Source: a virus (taxonomy: Duplodnaviria; Caudoviricetes). Taken from it: a DNA stretch of 64,000 bases. The stretch spans positions 96,001 to 160,000 of IMG/VR virus record IMGVR_UViG_3300031760_000001; one strand, 5' to 3'. Below, one piece after another: positions 38,081-49,380 of the stretch. Position 1 is the first letter of the stretch. Each line of letters begins with the position of its first letter. The notes beneath the pieces were generated by a model. The model ran no database searches. It was not told where the DNA came from and saw nothing but the letters and a program-made list of their open reading frames with translations. A program made the position numbers and the translations under genes.

Positions 38081-41000
38081 TATTTAATAACATCAGAATA
38101 TTTTGGTTTTAGAATGTCAGGTGTTGTGTCATAATTCTTAGCTAAATAAGCGTATGACTTCTTAGTATCAACATCGTCATTACCAGCTCCACCCATTGTT
38201 GCCCAATTGGTTGGTTGATATTCAACTCTGTCAGCCCTGTTATCATAAAATGATGTATTAGCATAATAGTTGAATGACATAGCATTCTGTAATCTCTGGA
38301 CAGGACCAGTGATGTCACCCCCACCGATAAACTTAAATGAAATATTAACTTTACATAACATCGGTTGTACCCCATTACCCTCTGGATTCAAATCCCATTG
38401 TAATCCCTCTGAAACATTATAATCAAATGTAATATTGTCAATTACAATCATTTGATAATAAAAGTCACCAAGTCTCAATACACAATATGGTGGTCTACCG
38501 AATGCCAAGTTGTTAGCTGTCCTACCATTTAAATCTGACATGGTTTTAGTATTACCCTGTCTTGTACACTGTTGCAAGAAAGTACATCTAGCGTTGAAAC
38601 CCTCTGGTGTCATTGAATGAAAAGCTGGATTGAAATATTTCAATTTTTTCTGAAGTTTCTCGAACATAAGAGGATGGTCTATTTCATATTGTTTGTAAAA
38701 ATAATATTCCTGGTCATACCTTATCTTGTTTAGTTCACTACTTCTAGGCATTACACCATTATTACCATTAATAAGATAACACCCTTGAATTAACATACCG
38801 TCACCCCTATCAACCCAAAGTTCGTCAGAACAATCTTTAAATGGAGAATATCTGTCTTTATTCAAAACCATATTTTCATCATTCGGGGCATCACAGACAT
38901 CCCTTTCTCCCGATTTATCTTTAACTCTTGTTATACAATCCAACAATCTGTATAAAATTACATAAGTTCTAAGTTTTGTTATATTTTCAAGTGTTGTCTT
39001 TTTCTGTTCTAACATAGTAATCATGTAGTTATTTTCATCTGAAGAAAATTTTATAGGGGGTGCTGGTGTTGGATTATTAGGGTCACTTTCTGGTTCCAAC
39101 CGACTACTTGTTACAGCCAAACTCATTCCATCCTCCACTTGTTCAGCGAGATTATTAGTTTTTCCATATTTCCAGATACAGGAAAATTCATCCCCCCTAT
39201 TATCAGAATTGTTATCGATAATAAATTCCTTATATTTGTCTTTGTCATCATCAGTATCTTTTATTCCAAGTATACTCTTTAAAGTTTCATTAACACTTTT
39301 ACATAATAAAGCCGCAACTTTCTTAACAATAGCCATCAATTCCCAATTAAATGTATATTGGTAAGTTTCAGCATCTGGTATTACCTCCCAATCGTCAAGC
39401 GAAAACTCTATTTCTGGATTATATGGATAATCTTCTTTTAATTTATAATATAAATTAAAATTTTCACCTTCAAATACATTCATACAAATATCATCCTTTT
39501 TATATGGATATAAACCGTCATATTTTCCTGTTGGGTTTGTTTTACTACATACAATACCATCTAGAGCATCAACTAAATTATTACTCCATATATACATATC
39601 AACCCATCGAGGGGTACGTTGTTTACGATAATAACTGTTTCTAATTTTTTCAGCTTCAGGACTCGTATCACTAGTATTATAATATTCACCACTACATACA
39701 GAAACATTTTCATTAAATTCATCATACCATAAATCTGTAATATCATCAACCTTTTCCCACTCGGATTCTACCCATTTACCTCGTGTTGTTGCTGTGCTTG
39801 AAATACATTTATATACATCATCATCTTTTGTTACATAATCATTTTTCATATATTGCTTTAAAATCTTCCAATTTTCGATTATAGTAAAACAGTTTCCACC
39901 TGAAGGACTTTTTACTAATTCAGGATTTTGAAAACCTACACATAATTTAAATTCAGTATAATATTTATCATCAACTAGATGTTCACTATAATAAATGTAG
40001 CCAACATCAATATGACCATCTGAACTTGAAATAGCATCCCATGATTCATCAATATAAAGGTATGGAAGTGGTTTTAAATTTTCAACAATATTGTCACGTG
40101 TTATTAAATCCCATTTAGTTTCATCGAAATCATGATATCTAATATATTTTTCCTCAAAATTAGTTAAACAGGTATAATAAACCTCATTGTCATTATCATC
40201 CTTTTTCATTACAATATCACCTACATTATAATATTGTCTCAAATCTGTTATATTCAAAAATTTATCATAATCCCATTCACCACGGTATACAGTATCATCC
40301 TTTAAAACATACAAACCATTATCTTTCCAATAAGCAGCTTCTTTACTATAACTAAATATACCATCATATACATATTGAACTGGTCTTACGTCATTTGAAT
40401 AATCAAGACCTTCTATGTAAAAGCCAAATCCAACACATTCAGGCGTTGTGGTTTTAGATATATTAACATTATCATAATCGCCACGGTATTTTGGACTGGT
40501 TTTAATGAATGACTGTTTTTCTGGTTCAAACAATCGGTCTTTGAATATATTCAACAATGTGGTGTCAGTTATCGGGGTATCTGTTTTGGTACCATCATCA
40601 TAATTGTTATTTGTTTTAGCCTCTTGTGTAAAATATTCAATTATCTTGTCTTTTGAATAAATATGCCACATAGTACCATCTGGCTGTAATACACTATCCA
40701 TCCAAGTAAAACCTTTATATACTGGATGACCGTTTTCTGATTCAATTTCCTCAATGGTTGTTGTTGTTTTTTCAACCGTTTCAGATGTACTGAATTCCAT
40801 TGTACACTCAGCACGTCTATTAATTTTAGCCTCTCTTGAACTAACACTTCCTTTATCAGCCTTATTTTTAAATTGTATAACCTGTGCTGAAGTATCTGCA
40901 ACATCACTTGGGTCGATTTTAATATCATTCCATTGTGTATAACTTTTAAGCCAACTAATTATTGTGGTTGCTCTATCTTTAACCAATTGTTCATTACTTT

Positions 41001-43104
41001 TTTGATTGCCATGTGTTGTAGCGGTACCTTTACAGGATATCCTAGTTAATGTTTGTTCTTTAAAAATTTTATATATATTATTAACTCTTTGGTCATTTAC
41101 TCCTAAATTAATTAAACTTTTGGATATACTATTGTCTACTTTTCCTGTTTTTAACAAATAAAACGCTGCAGCAACCTCAGCTAACGTATAAGTGTTCTCA
41201 TCAACTAAATTATTATTCAACTTGTAATTCAAATTGTAGTTTTTACTATCACTATAATTTGCACTACCTAATTTTTCGCTCTTATTCCTATTATCAACCC
41301 TGTATTTAAAATTACCCATTTGTATATCACTAGTTAATTTAACAGATGATATACCGTGGTCTTCATCACCTGTCATTTCATAACCCTTATATTTGGTTGT
41401 GTCTGTATATAATGTATTAATATCTTTATCATTTAACGCAATATCACCACTACTGTTTTTTTGTGTATAATGACCAAACAACAGATACATTATAGCATCA
41501 ACAGTTGAATTATTCTTTTTGTTTGAATATCTATCATCACGTCCAGAATAATCATTAGGGAAAAAAACGTTGAATTTAACTATAGTCGGTTTAGTAACAT
41601 TTTCTTGTTCTTGTTTTGTCACTACTCTTGTGTCTTTATCAGGTTTTACTATTGGTGGGTTTAAATTTATATATTCATCAGTTAAATATGTCGGTGTTGT
41701 ATGTAAACCACCAGTCATATCATTCTTATTGTCAACATCACCATCAAAACAACCAGCAAAATACCTCAGATAATCATTTTCAGCATTACCGTTTGCCCTA
41801 TCTTTTCCCTTGTTTTCCACAGCATCATCATTGTCAGTCCACCAACTGGCATAGTCAACAGAAGACGGATGGTCTGTCAACATAAGGAAACTCAAATTAC
41901 CTGTCCTTTCTGAATTGACATATGTGTACACAGGCTCACCCCTACCAATGAACTCATTGGAATTCCATTTTGCTGAAGCAGTTTCCTGTATCTGTATGTC
42001 ATATGGCGGAAACCACATAATCCTACCCCCGAATGGTCCCCTCTGCTCCCAGGACAACGCTTGTTCAAATGAATAAGGGTCATAATCCTTCCAAGCAAGA
42101 TTCTCAATTGAAAACATACAAGATTTGGTATGTATGTTTTTATTTTCGCCACCCAAATATTTAGGAGTTATATTAACAAGATTGGTTCCAGTGCCCTTTG
42201 GGTCAAGGACTGAATTCTGTCTTCTTCTGTCCTGATTATGTTTACTTCTCCAGGCATAGTCGTAATTCTCTCCATTAACTCCATATTCAGTCAAATCCTT
42301 ATGATGTCCATCGCCAACAAGTTTATTATCCTTATCATAGGTTTCAATCCCCCAAAAGAAATTTTCCCATGTGTTGATATCACCATTAGCACCCCTTATT
42401 GTCTTTTCAAAATTATCATATTTGTAATGATGTGTCCATACCCTACAATATGGGTCATCATATCCGTTTCTTGAATAAGGAGTACCACCATCAACAACTT
42501 CCTTTCTCAATAAGTTCCTACCATGTGATTCACCAAACTGTTTTGTACCAACCTGACCGTTATAATCAACACCATTGGTGTGAAACTGTGAAATAATAGT
42601 TTTTAGTTTATTATTACGCATCAGTCTCTTGGTCTTATATAAAATGGAATTCTTGTCTGTGTATTTACCAGTGAAATTAACCTGGTCATCCTTGATATTG
42701 TCATCATCTAAATACAAATTCTTGTTTTCACCACCAGCCTTCTGTATGCGAGTTGTCATCTCACCCATCTTTGAACCATCGTGTGCGTCAGTGACAAATT
42801 CCATATAGTTGGTACCCTTGGTATAACTTGGATAGAAAGCAGGGGTAGCGGTAGCATCACCGTCACCGTTACGATAGGCATTCTCACCGACAGTGTTCAA
42901 CGTGATTACCCTCTCATAAGCATTACGCATCATATGGAGGGTCATAAAATCATGATTCATTTTATTGAAATTACCGATGTTGGTTGATGTCAGTTCCACC
43001 TTCAACCCCCTGGCTATTGTCATTGCCGTATTGATTGTCATATCACGGAGAACTTCACCGAAGCTTCCCAATGAACCGCTTCCTATGTCATCATAACTTG
43101 CCAT
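38080..43104 (-). CDS. Tail-tube-initiator/baseplate-like protein with OmpA-like domain and small beta-rich repeats, 1674 aa
   Basis: GRIMWFPPYD...WNSNEFIGRGEPVYTY..SERTGNLSF and C-terminal FGRPPYCVLRLGDFY...WDLNPEG..QPMLCKVNISF tube-fold halves flank VFFPND...KGTAT...NEQLVKDRA...NRRAE (OmpA-like). Confidence 0.7.
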   Translation of the reverse strand: MASYDDIGSGSLGSFGEVLRDMTINTAMTIARGLKVELTSTNIGNFNKMNHDFMTLHMMRNAYERVITLNTVGENAYRNGDGDATATPAFYPSYTKGTNYMEFVTDAHDGSKMGEMTTRIQKAGGENKNLYLDDDNIKDDQVNFTGKYTDKNSILYKTKRLMRNNKLKTIISQFHTNGVDYNGQVGTKQFGESHGRNLLRKEVVDGGTPYSRNGYDDPYCRVWTHHYKYDNFEKTIRGANGDINTWENFFWGIETYDKDNKLVGDGHHKDLTEYGVNGENYDYAWRSKHNQDRRRQNSVLDPKGTGTNLVNITPKYLGGENKNIHTKSCMFSIENLAWKDYDPYSFEQALSWEQRGPFGGRIMWFPPYDIQIQETASAKWNSNEFIGRGEPVYTYVNSERTGNLSFLMLTDHPSSVDYASWWTDNDDAVENKGKDRANGNAENDYLRYFAGCFDGDVDNKNDMTGGLHTTPTYLTDEYINLNPPIVKPDKDTRVVTKQEQENVTKPTIVKFNVFFPNDYSGRDDRYSNKKNNSTVDAIMYLLFGHYTQKNSSGDIALNDKDINTLYTDTTKYKGYEMTGDEDHGISSVKLTSDIQMGNFKYRVDNRNKSEKLGSANYSDSKNYNLNYKLNNNLVDENTYTLAEVAAAFYLLKTGKVDNSISKSLINLGVNDQRVNNIYKIFKEQTLTRISCKGTATTHGNQKSNEQLVKDRATTIISWLKSYTQWNDIKIDPSDVADTSAQVIQFKNKADKGSVSSREAKINRRAECTMEFSTSETVEKTTTTIEEIESENGHPVYKGFTWMDSVLQPDGTMWHIYSKDKIIEYFTQEAKTNNNYDDGTKTDTPITDTTLLNIFKDRLFEPEKQSFIKTSPKYRGDYDNVNISKTTTPECVGFGFYIEGLDYSNDVRPVQYVYDGIFSYSKEAAYWKDNGLYVLKDDTVYRGEWDYDKFLNITDLRQYYNVGDIVMKKDDNDNEVYYTCLTNFEEKYIRYHDFDETKWDLITRDNIVENLKPLPYLYIDESWDAISSSDGHIDVGYIYYSEHLVDDKYYTEFKLCVGFQNPELVKSPSGGNCFTIIENWKILKQYMKNDYVTKDDDVYKCISSTATTRGKWVESEWEKVDDITDLWYDEFNENVSVCSGEYYNTSDTSPEAEKIRNSYYRKQRTPRWVDMYIWSNNLVDALDGIVCSKTNPTGKYDGLYPYKKDDICMNVFEGENFNLYYKLKEDYPYNPEIEFSLDDWEVIPDAETYQYTFNWELMAIVKKVAALLCKSVNETLKSILGIKDTDDDKDKYKEFIIDNNSDNRGDEFSCIWKYGKTNNLAEQVEDGMSLAVTSSRLEPESDPNNPTPAPPIKFSSDENNYMITMLEQKKTTLENITKLRTYVILYRLLDCITRVKDKSGERDVCDAPNDENMVLNKDRYSPFKDCSDELWVDRGDGMLIQGCYLINGNNGVMPRSSELNKIRYDQEYYFYKQYEIDHPLMFEKLQKKLKYFNPAFHSMTPEGFNARCTFLQQCTRQGNTKTMSDLNGRTANNLAFGRPPYCVLRLGDFYYQMIVIDNITFDYNVSEGLQWDLNPEGNGVQPMLCKVNISFKFIGGGDITGPVQRLQNAMSFNYYANTSFYDNRADRVEYQPTNWATMGGAGNDDVDTKKSYAYLAKNYDTTPDILKPKYSDVIK

Positions 43105-43153
43105 TATATGAAATATCTGTTAACTATATTATATATATTATCTATATTGTTTT

Positions 43154-46100
43154 TTATATATAATAAATATTATTTTCACTTTTTCCGTTGGCTTTTATAT
43201 TACCAGCCCTAAACGCTAATGCTAATGTTTGTATGAATTTACCTGGATTATTTCTAAACTCTGTGTTCATCATATCAATATTATATGTTGCACCATTAAG
43301 TTTAAATTCCACACTACCTCCAAGATTAACATTAACATCATTTGATTGGGCGTTATTTTTTGATAATAAAGCATATAACCCTGGTATAAGAACTTGCAAT
43401 ATTTTATCTATTGGACCGTTAGGCATTGCTGCTAAATATTGGTCAGTATTAGCCGTCCTGACATTAAATCTACCGTCATTTATTGACCTCACATTACTTG
43501 CACCTGATATAATACCACCATTTGTATTTCCAACACCATCTTTAGTACCCCGTGGTCTCCAGAATGTATAACTGTCTCTTAACCACACTGATGTAGTATC
43601 GTTAAAAGGTATTCTTGATTGTCCTTGAGCTTCAGCCATTTCATCTAAACTTCTATCCAGTCTATGTAGTAGCTCAGATATTTGACTTTGACGAGTTACT
43701 GTAACTTCTTCTTCACCATTTAATATATGTGCCACTCTTGACATTACAGGGTCATTTTTATATGTATTATATAAGTTTTCTATTAATTTATCACGTTTAG
43801 TTTTATCTTCTTCATTAGTTATTGCAGCTATTGAAGCTACCAATTCACCCATTTTATTTATACCACCCTCTTCTAAAGCTTGTAGAATGTTTTTTTCAGC
43901 TTCACTTATAATACCAATCTGTGCAATATTTTTTTTAACAGTATTTCTATAATCTTCAATTAATGGTTGATTATTGTTAATAAAGTCTAATGTTGTTTGT
44001 GCTTCAACTGCCGCTATATCAGCAGTTTCCAGCATTGATTTACCTAATTCAGATATATATGTCTGACTACTAAGTAATTTGTTTTGTGTTTGAATATTTT
44101 TATCAGAAGCTTCTTTTGCAAGAGGATATAGCATACTACCAGCAACTGCTTGAAAATATTTAACACTTATTTCTTCAAGTTCAACCATGCTTCTAGTATT
44201 TTTAGCAATATCAATCAAACTATCCTTTTCATTATTTGGTAATAATATTCTAGCACGTTGTTTATCGGTCATATTAGCAATATCCTCCATCTTCATAGGA
44301 CCGTTTATTGTTTTAACTTTCCATGATAATGTTTTATTATCCCATTCAGCCCTGTTGCCAATTTCAGCTCTAGTATCTTTATCTAAATTAAATCCACTTA
44401 AAACTTTATCTATCATACCTTGTTTACGATTCTGACGAATTATGTCACGTGCTTCGCCTTGGTCCATTCCTAATATCTTCGCACGTTCATTAATCATCTT
44501 GTTTTCAAACCAATCATCAAAAACAAACTCACCTGTCTCTGCATCAAACCTAGGATTTATATCACTGAATATTGCAGCCATTCTCTTAGCCATATCACCA
44601 ACATCTGCACCAGCATCATACATCATTCCAAACGGGTCTGAATATGTTGCAGCCGCACCACCCAACACCTGTAATTTAGCCGATGTCTCAAGTACGTCAC
44701 TTAATGAACCATTGACCAATTTATCAGCAAAGGATGTAGCTGTGCTCAGATTGAAACGTGTCTGTTGTGCCCACTTACTCAATTCCATCATATTTTTAAG
44801 GCCACCTTTGAAATTGTATTTTTGTGCCAGTTTAAGATTGTTAGTTAAATCTTTAGCAAATTTAGTTGTTGATAACCCCATTTTAGTAATAGTATGATAC
44901 ATGTTGGTAAACATTTTATAACTAGTATCCATTGAAACATTAAAGATGTTCATAGTACCCATTAAACCAGCAACTTCACCCTGTGATATTCCAAAAGTCC
45001 TTGACATTGCTGTCATTTGGTTGTAGTTATCTCCTGTCAACAATAAACTTCTACTTGAATTATTAACAAAACTATCTTGCATTGATTTCATTTCTTCCCC
45101 TGTAATACCAAAAATTCTAGCAGTTTGAATTGCGGTCTTACGCATTGCTGAAGCAAATTTATCACCACTATATCCGAAAGTTAAACCAAGGTTTCTATAA
45201 ATTTTATCACTTGTTCTGATATTATCATTAAGTGCATCAGCCGCCTCATCTATACCATCAACGAGTTTTTTTACTTTATCAATAACTTGTGTAATATTTC
45301 CCATTAATGTTTTGAAAATTTCATTTTCCTGTTTCTTTTTAGATAAATTAAAATCTTTATAAGCTGTGTCTATTGCTGTTTGGGTTTCTATAACATTAGC
45401 ACTTATATTCGTTACAGCCCCAACAATTGCACCAACCATTAACCCCATTGGACCAAACAAAGCTCCAACACCCATGGCAACATTACCAACACCTTTTATT
45501 AAAGATGAACTTGCACCAGATACTTCCTTTTCCTGTTTAATCATTCGTTCAGTTTCAGCTACATTGAATTCCCTCATAGCCATCTGAGTCTGGGTAAACA
45601 ATTTAATTCTAGCCGCTGCCTCAGTTTTAGCCCCCTGTCTTAAACTCCTAGCAGCTTCGGTAGCTGTTTTAGTAGTAAATGCCGTTATTGTTGTTACTAC
45701 ATTATCAGCCACAACATTAGTCATTTCCATGTTAGCTTGGAATATTTTTTGGGTCTGGTCAAATAAATTTTTCCGTTCCTGTAAAGCTGATTTCTTATAT
45801 GCAACATCAATATCAACACCAGCTTTAATGCTTTGGGTTATTCCTGAAACAATATTAGTAATCTCCTTCATCAAATCAGCAAAACCCATTGCAATATCTT
45901 TTTTAGAGATACCAAATTGAACTCTTTCTTGTTCGTCACTTAAGTCTTTAATTTTTTTTCTAACACTTCTCTTGTTAGAATATTTACTATTTCTTAAGTC
46001 TTCAATTTGTCTTTGTAAATCATCTATTTTATCTTGTTTACTTTGTTTAGATAAATTGTTAAAATATTCACGCCTAGCATCTTTATCAATAGGTTTAGTG

Positions 46101-46210
46101 AAATCACCAATATTTCTACCTTGACTATCATAATTAGGTACTTTATTAAATCCTTCGGCGATTCCCTTTATTATTGATTCTTTTAAATCTTTTAATTGTT
46201 CATCAGTCAT
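43154..46210 (-). CDS. Tape measure protein (putative)
   Basis: 1018-aa helical/coiled-coil protein with a Gly/Ala-rich hydrophobic segment (GVGNVAMGVGALFGPMGLMVGAIVGAV). Downstream of the chaperone-like pair and upstream of the tube-initiator and hub genes. Confidence 0.75.
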   Translation of the reverse strand: MTDEQLKDLKESIIKGIAEGFNKVPNYDSQGRNIGDFTKPIDKDARREYFNNLSKQSKQDKIDDLQRQIEDLRNSKYSNKRSVRKKIKDLSDEQERVQFGISKKDIAMGFADLMKEITNIVSGITQSIKAGVDIDVAYKKSALQERKNLFDQTQKIFQANMEMTNVVADNVVTTITAFTTKTATEAARSLRQGAKTEAAARIKLFTQTQMAMREFNVAETERMIKQEKEVSGASSSLIKGVGNVAMGVGALFGPMGLMVGAIVGAVTNISANVIETQTAIDTAYKDFNLSKKKQENEIFKTLMGNITQVIDKVKKLVDGIDEAADALNDNIRTSDKIYRNLGLTFGYSGDKFASAMRKTAIQTARIFGITGEEMKSMQDSFVNNSSRSLLLTGDNYNQMTAMSRTFGISQGEVAGLMGTMNIFNVSMDTSYKMFTNMYHTITKMGLSTTKFAKDLTNNLKLAQKYNFKGGLKNMMELSKWAQQTRFNLSTATSFADKLVNGSLSDVLETSAKLQVLGGAAATYSDPFGMMYDAGADVGDMAKRMAAIFSDINPRFDAETGEFVFDDWFENKMINERAKILGMDQGEARDIIRQNRKQGMIDKVLSGFNLDKDTRAEIGNRAEWDNKTLSWKVKTINGPMKMEDIANMTDKQRARILLPNNEKDSLIDIAKNTRSMVELEEISVKYFQAVAGSMLYPLAKEASDKNIQTQNKLLSSQTYISELGKSMLETADIAAVEAQTTLDFINNNQPLIEDYRNTVKKNIAQIGIISEAEKNILQALEEGGINKMGELVASIAAITNEEDKTKRDKLIENLYNTYKNDPVMSRVAHILNGEEEVTVTRQSQISELLHRLDRSLDEMAEAQGQSRIPFNDTTSVWLRDSYTFWRPRGTKDGVGNTNGGIISGASNVRSINDGRFNVRTANTDQYLAAMPNGPIDKILQVLIPGLYALLSKNNAQSNDVNVNLGGSVEFKLNGATYNIDMMNTEFRNNPGKFIQTLALAFRAGNIKANGKSENNIYYI

Positions 46211-46257
46211 CTTGAATACATATATTTACTTAAATATAAATAGAAAAAAGACAACTT

Positions 46258-46434
46258 TTATGTTGTCTTTCTCTTCATTTCCTCATTTTCCTCCTCAATC
46301 ATCTTGTTATGTACATTTATCAAGTCTCTCCTGAACATCACAGGCATATCATACAATTCATTAAACGGTATTTTCAAATTTTTATGTACACTGTAAAGTT
46401 CAGTTTGTAAATTTTTCTCATAATTATCATACAT
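46258..46434 (-). CDS. Small tail/baseplate assembly protein (gp51-like or tail-chaperone partner)
   Basis: MYDNYEKNLQTELYSVHKNLKIPFNELYDMPVMFRRDLI; the xMPxxxR motif is typical of this family. ATG at 46434 overlaps the upstream stop. Confidence 0.65.
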   Translation of the reverse strand: MYDNYEKNLQTELYSVHKNLKIPFNELYDMPVMFRRDLINVHNKMIEEENEEMKRKTT

Positions 46435-48013
46435 TAACGAAAATAGTTTCTCCGATTGATAGAAAGGTGTCAAAAGAGCCACCTCCCATTGACTCAGGAA
46501 TTGGAATTGTTATATTAAGGTCTACACCTGGTACATTTTCATTTGTATATTTTCTATATTCAATAGCATCTTTTGCTCTCATATTTTCAATATATCCCTT
46601 GATAAATTCCCTATCTTCATTTCCATTGACTGACATTGTTTGAGCAACCATCCTGTCAGTGATATATGTTGAATAAACCTCCTGTTCAGCTTCATCTGAA
46701 TTAAAATTAACTTTAAGGCACCAGTTTTTAACAAGTTTCAAAGCCTCAATAACTTCATCTTTATCATTATTATCCAACCCGTTAATATATTCAATTGATT
46801 TATTCATATTTTCAACAATACTAGACCTTTGAATAATATCTTGCGCCAACATATTGTTTTTAATTAAGTTAGTCTCTTCACCGTATGTTAAAATCTTAAA
46901 TTTAAGTTCATCACCACTAACAGTTGTGTATTTAAACCAACCATTTTCATCACCTTTCAAATTGAAATCAAGGAATTTTACATCAGATAAGTCAACAGTA
47001 CTCTGAATTTCCTCACCCTGATATGTTGCTACAATAGGATATTCACTTCCATAGGCAGTTGCACGTAACCAAATTGCAATAGCATCTCTATCACCTTTAC
47101 ACAAATCCTTAACTCTAATTGATTTATCTAAAATTTTACGTTCAAGAATAATATCAATCATACTGCCATTTTCATACATATTACGGGAAGTAATAAGGTT
47201 TTCATCAGCCGCAGTTAAATAAGCCACTGGAATATTACCTTTCTTATGTGAATAACACTCACCCTTTGATGGTAAAGGAATAACATCATATTGTACATAA
47301 CTTGGAACATCCCTTGGGTCGAAGTCTTCACAAAACTTAATATCAGTTGGTTTATTCATTAGTTTAACTTCACTAACAACTTCTTTAACTGTATTTTCTT
47401 CCTTTTCAAATGCTTTGTTAACATCACCATCATCACCTATAGGTTTTCCAAGGTCTTCCAGAGGAATGTCATCAAACGTCTCGCCAATTGGCTCCAGTGT
47501 AATGTCACCAGCATTCGGTGCAATGATTTCCTCAGGCGGTACATCATTCATAACCTCAACCTTTTCAACATCCTTTGTCTTTGAATTAATTTTTTTAAGT
47601 TTTTCGGTTAATTCAGCCAACTTTGACTTTGGTTTGGCTGCTGTCTTAGCCACATTCTTAACTTCATTTGTTATATCTTTCTTATGAAGTTCCTCGTCAC
47701 TCTTGCCCTGTCTTTTCAGACGGTCATAATAAGCCTTTTCCTCTTTCGGGTTAACTTTATTGTAAGGCTTTGACTCAACCTCACGCTTGCTGGCACCAAG
47801 ATATGACTGGGCACGTTCAAGATTCTGTTCCTTTGCTATGTCAATATCGCCAAGAAGCTGTTCAGTGGTATCGCTATCCTCACCATATCTTTCAATAATG
47901 TTTGCCTTTGCAGCCTCAAGCATTTCATTTGATGCTCTTAATTGGGCAATTTGTTTGTCCCTAAGTTTTCTTTTTGCGTTCAACGCTCTCTGTTGTTCTT
48001 CTTTTGTAGGCAT
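46427..48013 (-). CDS. Baseplate hub assembly protein (T4 gp26-like) with long N-terminal extension
   Basis: DVIPLPSKGECY...VAYLTAADENLITS...GDRDAIAIWLRATAYGSEY...PGVDL. Confidence 0.75.
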   Translation of the reverse strand: MPTKEEQQRALNAKRKLRDKQIAQLRASNEMLEAAKANIIERYGEDSDTTEQLLGDIDIAKEQNLERAQSYLGASKREVESKPYNKVNPKEEKAYYDRLKRQGKSDEELHKKDITNEVKNVAKTAAKPKSKLAELTEKLKKINSKTKDVEKVEVMNDVPPEEIIAPNAGDITLEPIGETFDDIPLEDLGKPIGDDGDVNKAFEKEENTVKEVVSEVKLMNKPTDIKFCEDFDPRDVPSYVQYDVIPLPSKGECYSHKKGNIPVAYLTAADENLITSRNMYENGSMIDIILERKILDKSIRVKDLCKGDRDAIAIWLRATAYGSEYPIVATYQGEEIQSTVDLSDVKFLDFNLKGDENGWFKYTTVSGDELKFKILTYGEETNLIKNNMLAQDIIQRSSIVENMNKSIEYINGLDNNDKDEVIEALKLVKNWCLKVNFNSDEAEQEVYSTYITDRMVAQTMSVNGNEDREFIKGYIENMRAKDAIEYRKYTNENVPGVDLNITIPIPESMGGGSFDTFLSIGETIFVNV

Positions 48014-48015
48014 GT

Positions 48016-48645
48016 TTATTCACGGTTTTTTAAAAAAATTATTTCATCAACCAAAAATGCAAATGTGTGGTTGTTCACTATGTCAATCATCTTGGTATCT
48101 TTAAGCAATGCGCTTGACTTGTTTCCTGGAAATTCAAGTTTAAGGTCTCTTTTTGTAAAACCAGTTATCTTTTCCTCGTCGGTCATTTCAACACAATTGT
48201 TGATTTTGCTTGTCTCACGAATCCAACCCTTAATTTCAGGTTCAAGTTCCTCGTTCTTTTCAAATATAGGTAATTGAAGGTCGATAATGAACATTTCACC
48301 GTTCTTGTAATAATTAATAAGGTCTTCGATATAGATTTCCTTGTTATCCATATCCCTAACAATCGCTTTGGTATCGGTGAAGTACACATTCTGTTGTTTG
48401 TAATTTGTCTTTTCCTTTTCACCCTCGTTGTTTATAGCCAAATTCTGACCCATCCTGTGGATATTCCTGTCAATGACTGGTTTGTATTTCTTGTAGACGG
48501 AAACCATTTTCTTTTCATAATCCTGTTTCATTTTTTTCCATTGGATTACGGATTCCTCAGTACCGTCGAAAACAAACTCCTTGCTACAGTCGAAATCGTG
48601 GTCTGGGTCTGAATAATTGTATGGCACTTTCAATATTGCTTCCAT
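48016..48645 (-). CDS. Hypothetical protein, 209 aa
   Basis: In-operon ORF. Confidence 0.7.
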   Translation of the reverse strand: MEAILKVPYNYSDPDHDFDCSKEFVFDGTEESVIQWKKMKQDYEKKMVSVYKKYKPVIDRNIHRMGQNLAINNEGEKEKTNYKQQNVYFTDTKAIVRDMDNKEIYIEDLINYYKNGEMFIIDLQLPIFEKNEELEPEIKGWIRETSKINNCVEMTDEEKITGFTKRDLKLEFPGNKSSALLKDTKMIDIVNNHTFAFLVDEIIFLKNRE

Positions 48646-48710
48646 AATATTATACTTTGTTTATTCATTAATATATACATAAAACAGTAAAAATATCAAA
48701 TAAAATTAAA

Positions 48711-49292
48711 TTAATGCGGTTTTCTTTTATTTTCCTTTATCCTTTTTTTCTTGTATCCCTCTCCCAGGTATTTGTATAGTTCGTCAAAAACTTTTTTCGG
48801 ATTATTCCTTATGTCATATTCCCAAATTCTCAATAACGGCATACCGTGTAATCCACTCCACCTGTCTTTGATAAAATCCACCACTTTATTGTGTTTCTGC
48901 ATCGGGTTCAATTTCCTTTCATTAACAACACGCGGGTCTGAATGATAGAATCCTCCGTCAACTTCAATCAGGAAACTAATAGGAACATTCTGCCCTTCCT
49001 GTTTTATGCAAGTGATTCCGTCTTTTTCCTCCATAATAAAATTCACATCATTATATGAAGTGACAGCAAAATCAAAAAACCTGCCGATATCTTTCGCCTC
49101 ATATTGGTATATATATTTCACATCCAATTTATCGAGAAAATCCCTGGCAAAATCAAGTTCAAGTTTTGATGTACCGTATTTCTGTTTTGCTGTGCGTTTT
49201 ACAGCACGTCCTTTCGGTCCTTTGACCAACTTCACTTTTCTTTCGTTTTTAATAGGAACAGCATTGGATTTTTTTATTGGTTGTGACTTCAT
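48711..49292 (-). CDS. Vsr/DUF559-like PD-(D/E)XK endonuclease
   Basis: SKLE...YIYQY...FFDF...LIEVDGGFYHS...D..KD...LLRIWEYDI. Confidence 0.8.
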   Translation of the reverse strand: MKSQPIKKSNAVPIKNERKVKLVKGPKGRAVKRTAKQKYGTSKLELDFARDFLDKLDVKYIYQYEAKDIGRFFDFAVTSYNDVNFIMEEKDGITCIKQEGQNVPISFLIEVDGGFYHSDPRVVNERKLNPMQKHNKVVDFIKDRWSGLHGMPLLRIWEYDIRNNPKKVFDELYKYLGEGYKKKRIKENKRKPH

Positions 49293-49380
49293 TTTTCTAT
49301 TTTTTTAAATAATTAGTCATTTTTTTAAAAGTCATATATTTATTAATATATAATAAAAGAATTTAAAGTACTTTAATAAT

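Noticed and set aside
46420-46485. Programmed -1 frameshift in tail assembly chaperones (lambda G/GT-like)
   Set aside because: The downstream ORF is in the +1 frame, there is no XXXYYYZ slippery site at the junction, and an ATG overlapping the upstream stop explains its translation.
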